60,128 nt of DNA from Minisyncoccota bacterium (GTDB lineage Bacteria > Patescibacteriota > Minisyncoccia > UBA6257 > GWB1-50-10), in NCBI GenBank assembly GCA_020059915.1, contig JAGVBB010000002.1, forward strand, positions 1 to 60,128. Reading direction: 5' to 3'. The notes beneath the pieces are model-generated. The model was not told the DNA's origin. It saw nothing but the letters and a program-made list of their open reading frames with translations, and searched no databases. Each line of letters begins with the position of its first letter. Position 1 is the first letter of the stretch. Both the position numbers and the translations under genes were made by a program. This document shows, piece after piece, positions 38,584 through 47,580 of this stretch.

Positions 38584-39360
38584 TTACTTAATTTCGTACT
38601 GCAAAGAAATATTCACAACCACATCCTGAGATCCCGCTTCAATTGAAGGTGCTGGCGCCCCACCACCAAGACTCTCTGCCATACTTACCTTTGCATTACG
38701 GAGATAGCTATCATATACCGGCTGGTAGCCACCCTCGCTGATACCCAACAATCTTCCCACTGAAAATCCTCCCGCGTCTGCAATCTGTTCTGCTTTTTCT
38801 TTTGCTTTTTCAATCGCTTGCTCACGTGCTTTTGCCATCACAGAAGATGGATCATCAATAGTGAATTGAAGTCCGGAAACATTGTTTGCACCGTTTTGTA
38901 CTACGCCAGAGAGAATATCTCCTGCTTTTTCAAAATCACGGACCTTCACTCCAACCGATTGGGTAACCGTGTACCCCACAATTTCTGCTGGTGGACACGA
39001 ACCACCGTCTTTACATCCATAATATTGATATCGTGGATCTACATTAAAGCTTTCTGTTTTTATATCCTTATCCGCAACTCCCTGATCTTTTATGTATGTG
39101 ATTGCCTTGTTCATCTTTTCGATATTCTGCTTTTGAAGATCTCCAAGATTTTTTCCGCCTTGCGTGATAACGCTGAACGAAAATTTAGCAACATCAGGAA
39201 CGGCAACTACTTTTCCTTCGCCGGACACGCTGAAACTCCTGAAGGAGCCTGGCTCAATAGTTTTTGAATAAGTATTTGCATATGACCACGATGCAATACT
39301 GAGTATGAGTGCGGCAACGCCAACACTCATGAGTGTATATTGTTTCATTTTGTTTTCCAT
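38584..39360 (-). CDS. SIMPL (DUF541/YggE) domain protein
   Basis: VSGEGKVVAVPD, DKDIKT, AREQAIEKAKEKA, IEAGSQDV. Confidence 0.9.
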   Translation of the reverse strand: MENKMKQYTLMSVGVAALILSIASWSYANTYSKTIEPGSFRSFSVSGEGKVVAVPDVAKFSFSVITQGGKNLGDLQKQNIEKMNKAITYIKDQGVADKDIKTESFNVDPRYQYYGCKDGGSCPPAEIVGYTVTQSVGVKVRDFEKAGDILSGVVQNGANNVSGLQFTIDDPSSVMAKAREQAIEKAKEKAEQIADAGGFSVGRLLGISEGGYQPVYDSYLRNAKVSMAESLGGGAPAPSIEAGSQDVVVNISLQYEIK

Positions 39361-39401
39361 ATACGTATTATAATTTTTTCTTTCTTTTTTGGGAAATATG
39401 T

Positions 39402-40577
39402 CTATTTACCAAAAATATTAGAAAGACGCTGTAATGCTTCCACTATATCTTCCTTTGTTGTCTGATAACCAAAACTTGCTCGCACACCATTTATTTTTTT
39501 ATCATCCCCTCCATACATTGCGGATAATACATGTGATGCGCTGTGTGCACGTGCAGAACAGGCAGATCCAGAAGAAAAAGCAACGCCCAATAGATCTGCT
39601 TGTGTTAAAAATTCTTCTCGATTCATTTCTTGTAAATGAATATTAACAATATGTGGCGCATGTTTGCCGACTCCGTTTATCTTGCTTTCCGGGAAAATTT
39701 TCAAGAATCCTTTTATAAATTCTTTCCGTAGCAACTCAACGCGTTTCAGTTCTTTTTTCCTGTTTTTTTGAGCAACAGAAAATGCTTCTGTACAACCCAC
39801 AATATTTTGAACATTCTCAGTCCCCGATCGCAAACCAAATTCCTGACCACCACCAGTAATGATGGGGGTTAGTGGGTGGGGGTTAGGGGGTAGAGTAGAA
39901 ACAAGAACACCAACACCTTTTGGTCCACCACATTTATGTCCGGAAACAGTAAGCACATCAACACCAAGTTCTTTCAGTGAACAATCAAAATATGAGAATG
40001 CTTGGACGGCATCGGTGTGAAAGATAGGGGTTAGGGGGTGGGGGTTAGGGGGTAGAGATTTTTTAAAGTCAGAAACGATACAGGAGATTTCTTTAATTGG
40101 TTGAACAGATCCAATTTCGTTGTTCACATACATAATGGAAACAAGAGCAGTATTTTTTGTTAAAGATTTTTTTAGTTCATCCAATAAAATAATTCCATCT
40201 TCATCAACGGGGAGAAGCACAAGGTCTATTTTCTTTTCACGTTCAAGTGTGCGAGCAGTTTCAAGAACAGATTCGTGTTCAATACTCGAAATAACAACTC
40301 GTGGCACACCATTTCCCCTCCAGTTAGCAACAACCCCTCTCAAGGCAAGATTGTTTGCCTCGGTTGCAGAGCCACAGAACAACACACCGCGAAAATCAAC
40401 ATCAAATATCTTTGCTATTCGTTCGCGCGCACCATCAATGGCTCCCATGGCCTCCTGGCCAAAAGAATGAAGCGATCCTGGATTTCCAAACTTTATATTA
40501 AAGTATGGGATCATCGCTTTGATAACCTCTTTTCTTACTGGCGTTGTCGCCGCATAATCAAGATAAATTCGCCTCAT
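39402..40577 (-). CDS. Cysteine desulfurase (NifS/IscS class V)
   Basis: YLDYAATTP, GNPGSLH, HTDAVQA, SGHKCGGPKG, RSGTEN, SSGSACS; ATG at 40577. Confidence 0.94.
   Translation of the reverse strand: MRRIYLDYAATTPVRKEVIKAMIPYFNIKFGNPGSLHSFGQEAMGAIDGARERIAKIFDVDFRGVLFCGSATEANNLALRGVVANWRGNGVPRVVISSIEHESVLETARTLEREKKIDLVLLPVDEDGIILLDELKKSLTKNTALVSIMYVNNEIGSVQPIKEISCIVSDFKKSLPPNPHPLTPIFHTDAVQAFSYFDCSLKELGVDVLTVSGHKCGGPKGVGVLVSTLPPNPHPLTPIITGGGQEFGLRSGTENVQNIVGCTEAFSVAQKNRKKELKRVELLRKEFIKGFLKIFPESKINGVGKHAPHIVNIHLQEMNREEFLTQADLLGVAFSSGSACSARAHSASHVLSAMYGGDDKKINGVRASFGYQTTKEDIVEALQRLSNIFGK
39861..39895. repeat. In-frame heptamer insert, copy 2 (encodes LPPNPHPLTP)
   Basis: 33/35 identical to 40023-40057. 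Confidence 0.9.
40023..40057. repeat. In-frame heptamer insert, copy 1 (encodes LPPNPHPLTP)
   Basis: Coding strand ctacccc ctaaccc ccacccc ctaaccc. Confidence 0.9.
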
Positions 40578-40617
40578 CACTCCATATATTGCCACACTTG
40601 ACAAAATACACAATAAT

Positions 40618-40646
40618 TTGACAAATATGTATATTTGTGCTAAAAT
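40618..40646 (+). promoter_or_regulatory. Sigma70 promoter of the Nudix gene
   Basis: TTGACA-17-TAAAAT. Confidence 0.7.
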
Positions 40647-40678
40647 TATGCTAATTCATTAAAAACTAGAGGAAGTAT

Positions 40679-41206
40679 ATGGATATCAAAGAAGTTTTGA
40701 AAAAACCGTTGGATGGAACCTATTCGGTTTCGTCCCAGGTGATCTTATTCTCCGATAACCAAAAACAGATTTGCTTGGTCCTTGAAAAAGGAGGATGGAA
40801 AAAAAAATTCTTGTTCTCCTTCAAAAAAGATAAGGCTTGGGGAAACCCAGGCGGAGGCGTTCACAAAGGAGAAACTCCGGTTCAGGGGGCAATTCGTGAA
40901 CTCATCCAGGAAACAGGATTTCCAGAACATGTGTATCAAATTAATCCAGAACCAGTTGATTATAAAATTGAAGGCACCGACAAAAACCTTCACTATAAAA
41001 TTATCTTTATCGCAAGAATTACATGTAATATAGATGATTTCCCATTTGTTCTGAATCCAGTCGGTGATACTATCGCAAGAAAATTTATCTCCATCTCCGA
41101 ACTTCCGAGTCCAAAAGCTCAGAAATTCTGGAAACTAGATGGATCCGGGATATTTCCATCCCATCTAGATTATATTTTAGCCAATCAACGGCTATCAGCG
41201 CTTTAA
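40679..41206 (+). CDS. Nudix hydrolase
   Basis: GGGVHKGETPVQGAIRELIQETG Nudix box; GAGG SD. Confidence 0.88.
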   Translation: MDIKEVLKKPLDGTYSVSSQVILFSDNQKQICLVLEKGGWKKKFLFSFKKDKAWGNPGGGVHKGETPVQGAIRELIQETGFPEHVYQINPEPVDYKIEGTDKNLHYKIIFIARITCNIDDFPFVLNPVGDTIARKFISISELPSPKAQKFWKLDGSGIFPSHLDYILANQRLSAL

Positions 41207-41220
41207 CAGCGCTGTTTTTT

Positions 41221-41760
41221 TTATTTATACGAAGGATTTTTTTCTTCTATCCCCCGCTTTCTGTTTTCATATCGTGCAAATGCAAAAAACACACTTGAGA
41301 GTCTGTTTGAGAATGTTTTTAAATCTGGAGAAATTGCATAATCGTCTTCAATGCCCACAAGTAATCGCTCAAATGTCCTTGACCGCACGCGCGCAACTTC
41401 CATTCGCAAAGACGCTTCACTTCCTCCAGGAATAATAAAATTTTTTATTGGAGGAATCTCTTTATCACACACCTCTATCATCATTTCCAATTCTTTTATA
41501 TGATTACTGGTAATATGTGGAGCTTTTCCTCCAAAAATAAGCGATGCAATCTCTGCCTGAACAATAAATAAAATCTCTTGAATTCTTAAAACAAATTTTT
41601 TTATTGATGGAGATGCAACAAGCGCGGCATATCCAGCACACACATTAACCTCATCACAAAATCCCAAAACATCAAAACATGGATCAGATTTCTTTTTATT
41701 CTTTTTTCCGATGATTACTGATCCAGTATCTCCTGATCCAGTAAAAAATTTTGTATTCAT
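41221..41760 (-). CDS. PduO-type cob(I)alamin adenosyltransferase
   Basis: FTGSGDTG, GFCDEVN, FIIPGGS, FER, NRLSSVFFAFAR. Confidence 0.85.
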   Translation of the reverse strand: MNTKFFTGSGDTGSVIIGKKNKKKSDPCFDVLGFCDEVNVCAGYAALVASPSIKKFVLRIQEILFIVQAEIASLIFGGKAPHITSNHIKELEMMIEVCDKEIPPIKNFIIPGGSEASLRMEVARVRSRTFERLLVGIEDDYAISPDLKTFSNRLSSVFFAFARYENRKRGIEEKNPSYK

Positions 41761-41791
41761 TAGTGTTTATTATAAAACTATAAACACTAAC

Positions 41792-41825
41792 AAAAATCCC
41801 GCCAGTGTATGCACTGGCGGGATTT
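41792..41825 (-). terminator. Terminator hairpin
   Basis: aatcccgccagtg-tatg-cactggcgggattt. Confidence 0.7.
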
Positions 41826-41831
41826 GGTTTG

Positions 41832-42152
41832 TTACTGAATTTTTTCTATATCTTTATTAATTGATTCCATATCTGCAGTTATGTCACCAATGTTCAATCC
41901 TGTTAAACTTTCTTCAATTGAAGTGGTAGTATCTACTTCCTGAGTTGTAGTAGTTGTTACCGCTGGCACATTCTGCTCATTTTGATTTACCCCTACATCA
42001 CTATTCTCTGGCGCTTTTGTAGTATTGCTCATTGCAAAAAGAACAATACACACGAGGATAACAAGTGCCAATATAATCAACCAAAGCTTTCCACTCTTTT
42101 TTTCTTCTACTGGCTGGGTTGGTGGTGTATTTTGTTGTAATTGTTCTTCCAT
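41832..42152 (-). CDS. Single-TM low-complexity hypothetical protein
   Basis: TM followed by a T/Q/E-rich region. Confidence 0.75.
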   Translation of the reverse strand: MEEQLQQNTPPTQPVEEKKSGKLWLIILALVILVCIVLFAMSNTTKAPENSDVGVNQNEQNVPAVTTTTTQEVDTTTSIEESLTGLNIGDITADMESINKDIEKIQ

Positions 42153-42153
42153 A

Positions 42154-43215
42154 TTATTGTGTTACTGTTGTTGATTCTTGCGACTCTTTTTCAGGAGATG
42201 TTGTATCCACTGAAGAAACTGGTTTGTTTATATTTGGAATTTTTTGTAGTTCCATAAGTGCTGAGAGAACTCCTGCGTGTGCTGTTTGAACTTTTTCTTG
42301 AACAGCTTTTAAATCTACATGAAGTGCATCTCGTGCTACTTTCAAATCATCTGCAACTTTTGCCTCAGTAGAAACTGAAACTGTATATACTTTCCCCGCT
42401 TGAGTAGCAACTGCAGATCGTGCAGTAGTAATTGCATCTTTTGCAACTTGCACAGCAGCTAACACTGCGGTTACATCGCTTCCATTTGCCGTTGCTTTAT
42501 CTGCTCTTGTTGATATATTTGTTAACGCATTTTCAAGTGCATTGATATTATTTGTAAAACGATTTACGGCATTTTCGCTTACTTTATTCAGATTTTCTCC
42601 GACTCGTTCAGTGATCTGTTTTTTCTGTTCGTCCTTGAATTGCTCTATTTTTGTTTTCAATTCCTCCTTCTTCGCTTCTATAACTTTCTGTGCTTCTGCG
42701 CGACGCTCTTCAATTGTATTTTTCAATTCCTCCTTCTTCGCTTCTACTTCTTTCTGAAATTCTGCGCGTCGTTCTTGTAATAATTTAACCGCCTCCTGCT
42801 GCCCCTCAGAAACTGCTTTTAATATATCTTCGCGCTCCGCCTTAAATGCTTCTCTTGCTGCTTCCGTTTCTTTTTTTATCATTCCCTGAATTGCTCCCGC
42901 CTGAGCTTTTAGCGTCTCTCTGGTTGTCTCAATTTGCTGCTTCATCACCTCCCTCCCTTCTTGAATTTGGTTTTTTAACGCAGAATCTTCACCAAAATTC
43001 CGCGTCCTTTGTTCTTCACGATTCATCTGTAATTGATCTTCCTCATCTGTAGCGTCCTCCTGATTTTGCTTCATAATCTCAATCGGTTTCACGGGAAGAA
43101 CTGAGCGTATTGGCTCAAAAACCTGCACTGGCCTTGCAATATTTGTTGGCGTTTGCGCAAAAGCAATTGCACCACCAACAAAGAATAATAACGATCCAAT
43201 AATTATTTTTTTCAT
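42154..43215 (-). CDS. Secreted coiled-coil protein with a 22-aa tandem repeat
   Basis: Signal peptide (AIAFAQ); ERRAE..EAKKEELK..IE twice. Confidence 0.85.
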   Translation of the reverse strand: MKKIIIGSLLFFVGGAIAFAQTPTNIARPVQVFEPIRSVLPVKPIEIMKQNQEDATDEEDQLQMNREEQRTRNFGEDSALKNQIQEGREVMKQQIETTRETLKAQAGAIQGMIKKETEAAREAFKAEREDILKAVSEGQQEAVKLLQERRAEFQKEVEAKKEELKNTIEERRAEAQKVIEAKKEELKTKIEQFKDEQKKQITERVGENLNKVSENAVNRFTNNINALENALTNISTRADKATANGSDVTAVLAAVQVAKDAITTARSAVATQAGKVYTVSVSTEAKVADDLKVARDALHVDLKAVQEKVQTAHAGVLSALMELQKIPNINKPVSSVDTTSPEKESQESTTVTQ

Positions 43216-43281
43216 ATATATTTTTATTTTTTTCGTACCTTTTGGTGATTACATATCACCACTATGTTTAGTATACCAATT

Positions 43282-43950
43282 TTAACTAAGCTCATACACC
43301 ATATAATTCCATCGTGATGGGGAGATGCGCGAATCACACACGCGTGAATGATAACCACACTCTTTTATACACTCACGCAGATAACCCATATCACACAACG
43401 ATGAACAAACAACAAATATTTTTCCATTTTCCTGCAAATGGTTTTTTGCTTCCTCTAAAAATCTTTGGAAAAGGATATACTGCGGGTCAGTAATCATATG
43501 ATCCAAGATATTTTCTGATTCAAACCATAGATGCGGTGGATTGAAAAATATTCTATCAAACTTTTCAGGAATTCTTTGAAAACAATCGCTTTCTCTTGCT
43601 TCAAGTTTTTTCTCAACCTGATATCGCTCTGCATTCCATCGCGCGGTTTGTACTGCTCGAGGACAAATATCACTTGATAAAACAAATGCGCCACGCAAAG
43701 CGGCGACAACTCCCTGAATCCCAGAACCGGTACCGAGATCAAGCACCGACATGTTTGGTTGTGTTTCAGCATCTACAACATGAGCAAGAATTTTTGAATC
43801 TTCCCACAACGGTGGATGCACTCCCCACGGGACCATGAGACGGACGGATGATCGAGGAAGACAAACTTTTTTTTCTTTTTCTGATCGCGCAATCTCATCA
43901 CGGACACGAATCATCCATTCGCGTCGCTTTGCAATTTCTTGCTTGGACAT
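43282..43950 (-). CDS. HemK-related SAM methyltransferase (start uncertain)
   Basis: VLDLGTGSG, IFFNPPH. Confidence 0.82.
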   Translation of the reverse strand: MSKQEIAKRREWMIRVRDEIARSEKEKKVCLPRSSVRLMVPWGVHPPLWEDSKILAHVVDAETQPNMSVLDLGTGSGIQGVVAALRGAFVLSSDICPRAVQTARWNAERYQVEKKLEARESDCFQRIPEKFDRIFFNPPHLWFESENILDHMITDPQYILFQRFLEEAKNHLQENGKIFVVCSSLCDMGYLRECIKECGYHSRVCDSRISPSRWNYMVYELS

Positions 43951-44077
43951 CCGTGGTGTGTGCACGTGCATACACCTATATCATACACCCCACAAAAACT
44001 CCCGATAGAAAGGAACAAGGCAAAAAAACAATGTCTAGAACATGCTTTTTTTGTTGTGGATAACTGGGGACTCGCAA

Positions 44078-44276
44078 AGGTTATGAGTTTTTAGAGCCCG
44101 CTCCATATATCGACAAGCCAGCTTGTCGATATAAAGGCCGCTTGGCCAAGTCTTAGTCTCCAAAAACTCACAACCTTTTCTCGCTGAGAGGTATGGGTTT
44201 AGAGATTTAGTCTCTGCACACAGAAGTATTTGTTCGTTTTAAAAAAAATATTTCAATCTTCAAAAACTTATAACCT
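44078..44276. repeat. Two tandem ~90-100-bp units with terminal inverted repeats
   Basis: aggttatgagtttttagag / ctccaaaaactcacaacct; second right end cttcaaaaacttataacct exactly 100 bp further. Confidence 0.65.
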
Positions 44277-44295
44277 TTCCTCATTGGAAGCAGAG

Positions 44296-44643
44296 ACTCC
44301 GACAAAAGTCGGAGTTTTTTTATGGGCGGCTATTTATTAGATTGGGAATTCTTTCAACTAACCACTCGCCGTCGCTCGTGGTTGTTTCAAGCCTGGGCTC
44401 GCTGTGCTCGTTACTACTCGCACAACGCTCCGCCCTTCAATTCCTAATCAGAGACAATAAATTGTCTCTGATTCTATCCGCCAAAAAACTCCGACAAAAG
44501 TCGGAGTTTCTTTTTGGGCGGCTAGAGGGAATTTTTCTCCCCCAACCTCATTATCATTCGGCTTCCTCCGAAACCTGCCGCACCCGCTCGGACCAATGGC
44601 GCGGGTGTCGGCTTCAATTTCTTTTTAATTGCCCAACTACGTT
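44296..44643 (-). repeat. Two tRNA-His 3'-end duplication units
   Basis: 19-bp copy at 44515-44533; degenerate copy at 44324-44350; identical 20-nt hairpins at 44296 and 44488. Confidence 0.85.
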
Positions 44644-44644
44644 G

Positions 44645-44716
44645 GGCGGCTAGAGGGAATTGAACCCTCGATTACGGGACCACAACCCGTCGTTTTACCA
44701 CTAAACTATAGCCGCC
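44645..44716 (-). tRNA. tRNA-His(GTG) with encoded G-1
   Basis: Cloverleaf GCGGCTA/TAGCCGC; anticodon stem ACGGG/CCCGT; GGTTCAATTCC. Confidence 0.95.
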
Positions 44717-44794
44717 ATCCAATACATATCAAAGCAGAAAATATGTTTTCTTTCAAGGATTTTATTTAATGTCCCAATTTTTGCATTTTATGTT

Positions 44795-45490
44795 TTGATT
44801 TTTGAGTTATCTTGGTGTATATATAGAGGAATGGAGAGTGTAATGGATGGTTTAGGCGCTCTAATTCAACAATACCCCGCATGGGGACATTTTATTATTG
44901 GCATAGCAATACTCATACAAGGAGAGTTGGGGGTTTTTCTTGGCACATTTCTTATTGCCCAGGGAAGTTTTGGATGGATTGACTATATTACTGGAGCATT
45001 AATAACAATATTCATTGCTGAATCTCTAGTATTCTTTTTTGGTCGCTTTATGCGAACTACTAGGTTTGGGTGGAGAATTTATAGAAACAAGATAAAACCA
45101 AACAAAAAATATCAGCCATATTTCTATTATCTAAGAACCAATTTAACAAAACTGTTTGTGAGTGCACGTTTTTTAGTTGGTGTTAATTTTTTTGTTCTGT
45201 TTCTGTCTGGTTGGTCAAAAACAAAATACGGAAAATTTCTAAAGTCTTACATTATTGGTCTTTTATCATGGTTTATCCCAATGACAATAGTTGCTTACTT
45301 CTTTATGTCCGGACTCAGTTATTTGAAACATGAGAAGATATTTAAACAAGCAGAATATGGTATTATCCTTCTTCTACTTATATTCTTTGGCGTTGAATTC
45401 TTGGTAAAAAAATATATGAAGAAAAAATCTCCGTTTGGAGGAAAAGAGGATGTGAGTGGATTTCTAGATGAGGAGGACGAGAAAAAATAA
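44795..45490 (+). CDS. DedA/VTT-like membrane protein (start may be 44831)
   Basis: IQGELGVFLGTFLIAQG, FVSARFLVG; several TMs. Confidence 0.7.
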   Translation: MIFELSWCIYRGMESVMDGLGALIQQYPAWGHFIIGIAILIQGELGVFLGTFLIAQGSFGWIDYITGALITIFIAESLVFFFGRFMRTTRFGWRIYRNKIKPNKKYQPYFYYLRTNLTKLFVSARFLVGVNFFVLFLSGWSKTKYGKFLKSYIIGLLSWFIPMTIVAYFFMSGLSYLKHEKIFKQAEYGIILLLLIFFGVEFLVKKYMKKKSPFGGKEDVSGFLDEEDEKK

Positions 45491-45523
45491 ACCCGGCATA
45501 TGCCGGGTTTTTAAAATAAATAC

Positions 45524-45898
45524 CTACTCAATCAATTCTTTTTTAAATATCCATTCAAAAAAAGAATAAATAATAAAAAATGCTACAAACATCAAGATGT
45601 GATAAAACGTTGAAACTGTAATCATCTTCAAAACAGAAAGAAATGCGACAGTGAAATCTCTGCTTATAAGCAGAATGAGACTGAATATAATAATACTCCC
45701 CGCGATCGCTATTATTTCTGAAAGCGTGTTCTTTCTTTCGTGCGTAAATGAGATAACACCAGAAAGAAATACAACGAGAAAAAAGAAAAATGTTTTATCA
45801 ATAAAAAAGTTGAAATCAAAAAAGATATTGTAAAAATAGGAAAAAACTGCCAACAAGAAAGGATATAAAAAATACAATCTTGCTTGATACTTAGTCAT
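45524..45898 (-). CDS. 4-TM hypothetical protein
   Basis: GAGGAG SD, own promoter and terminator. Confidence 0.75.
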   Translation of the reverse strand: MTKYQARLYFLYPFLLAVFSYFYNIFFDFNFFIDKTFFFFLVVFLSGVISFTHERKNTLSEIIAIAGSIIIFSLILLISRDFTVAFLSVLKMITVSTFYHILMFVAFFIIYSFFEWIFKKELIE

Positions 45899-45934
45899 TT
45901 CTATTCTCCTCTAAAGTTTGTTAATGATATGCAA

Positions 45935-45963
45935 ATTATAATATAAAACATATTAATAGTCAA
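45935..45963 (-). promoter_or_regulatory. Sigma70 promoter
   Basis: TTGACT-17-TATAAT. Confidence 0.8.
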
Positions 45964-45992
45964 ATATAAATCCCCTGCAATGCAGGGGTTTA

Positions 45993-46524
45993 TTATTTTT
46001 CATAATAAAGAAAAGGATCTCCATTGCTGTAACCAATGCTTACTTTCTTCATAGTCGGATCTTTTTGTTTTGCCAAATGTTCAATATATCCAACTGTTAC
46101 CATCGGATGAACAACAATTTCATCTTTGTTTTTCCATTTTGGTATGGGTAGAATGCTAAAAGATTCATTTTCAACATTTTCCGGCGTTCTAAATACTTGG
46201 ATGCGATCCACTGAAACATCGGGAAATTTAATCGAAGAAAGCTCTTTTAATTCGCTGACGCTGCCATATAATAACGCGCTGACCGCTTCATTTTGATTAT
46301 GTATTGGTTTTCTAATATTCATCAAATATGATAAAGCAGTAAAAATGGTAAGAATAACTGAGGACAGACAGGAAAATGCATTGATAAGTTCGGACATCTC
46401 TACAAGCGATGAAAGCCTAAACATTTGTATTGCAGTAAACAGTTTTGAATATCAGAAAAAATACTGCATATCCAACAATCCACGAACCAACCCAAAATAA
46501 TAAAAGTTCAAGAAATAACAACAT
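45993..46524 (-). pseudogene. Membrane protein apparently split by a 1-nt frameshift (ORFs 46417-46524 and 45993-46424)
   Basis: GAGGAGG SD before ATG 46524; removing one base from the run at 46443-46446 gives one 176-aa ORF. Confidence 0.5.
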
Positions 46525-46558
46525 AAAAACCTCCTCATAAATTGTTAATGTTGAAAAT

Positions 46559-46587
46559 ATAATACATTTTTATTTCTTATTTGTCAA
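46559..46587 (-). promoter_or_regulatory. Sigma70 promoter
   Basis: TTGACA-17-TATTAT. Confidence 0.75.
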
Positions 46588-46617
46588 ATATAAATCCCCC
46601 GCTGTGCGGGGGAATAA

Positions 46618-47580
46618 TTATTTGTTTCTTTCAGGAATTCGGAGCGTGTATACACCTTTTGGTATCCCCTCTCTACTCAAGATGTGCGCATTCGCACGCT
46701 GAATTTCTTTTGTAGATATTCCAAATTTTTTAGCAAGTTGATTCCACGATTCAAACTTCTTTACAGAATAATCAACGAGTTTTATTTTTGCTCCCCCAAA
46801 TTTCATTTCTCTCACAAATCCATATCGCTCTGGATTTTCCAAAATGAGCTTTAAAGCAATGATCCTTGGAATATATTGTTCTGTCTCCTTTGGAAGTGAG
46901 GTCAAAAGAAAATAAGATCGCTCATTATCTTTCCTTATTGCCTGCCAGACTCTCCCAGATCCAGCATTATATCCCGCAAGAGCAAACATCCAACTTTCGA
47001 ACGGACCAAATTCCTTAAATTCTTTCTGTAGGGTTTTTAATTCATCACACGCAGCGACTGTTGCTTTTTCAAAATGAAAGCGCTCGTCAATCACTCCATT
47101 GATTGTAAGATTGTTTCGCCTTCCTGTTCCCAACGTAAATTGCCAACCACCTTTTGCACCAGCCTTCGACACAACAGTTGTGTTTAGCTCCGACTCCGCA
47201 ACAGAAACATATCCGGCATCAGGTGAAATGTCCATTTTCTTGAATGTGGAATTCATCTTTGGGAAAAATTCTGGTTTTCTTTCAAGATATAAAATAATTC
47301 TCCACCTATTTTTTGGGGCAACATAATATCGGATCCAAAAATCAATATCATCTGAAACTCCATAATATTGAAGTGGTACATTTCCACCAAAAAAAGAAAT
47401 TGAGTCGGGAATATATGGTTGATCCTTCACTGCAATCGCCCGCTGAACGTCCCTAACTTGTTTTGTTATATCATTAATAGTATTTTTCTGTTTTTCAACC
47501 GTATCTTCTGTCATTCTCAACTGAACCGCTAAATAAACAATAAGGAGAAGCACAACAAGATATTTGAAATACTTATCCAT
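46618..47580 (-). CDS. MltD-like lytic transglycosylase (SLT plus LysM-like)
   Basis: VSVAESEL, GAKGGWQF, LAGYNAG, LPKETEQYIPR; GGAGG SD before ATG 47580. Confidence 0.9.
   Translation of the reverse strand: MDKYFKYLVVLLLIVYLAVQLRMTEDTVEKQKNTINDITKQVRDVQRAIAVKDQPYIPDSISFFGGNVPLQYYGVSDDIDFWIRYYVAPKNRWRIILYLERKPEFFPKMNSTFKKMDISPDAGYVSVAESELNTTVVSKAGAKGGWQFTLGTGRRNNLTINGVIDERFHFEKATVAACDELKTLQKEFKEFGPFESWMFALAGYNAGSGRVWQAIRKDNERSYFLLTSLPKETEQYIPRIIALKLILENPERYGFVREMKFGGAKIKLVDYSVKKFESWNQLAKKFGISTKEIQRANAHILSREGIPKGVYTLRIPERNK

Noticed and set aside
44055-44063. Perfect DnaA box (tgtggataa)
   Set aside because: A single box with no cluster or dnaA nearby is not enough for oriC.
44324-44661. tRNA 3' duplications as att sites of a large prophage or ICE
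   Set aside because: The enclosed segments are only 100-200 bp with no integrase or cargo; kept as mini-units instead.
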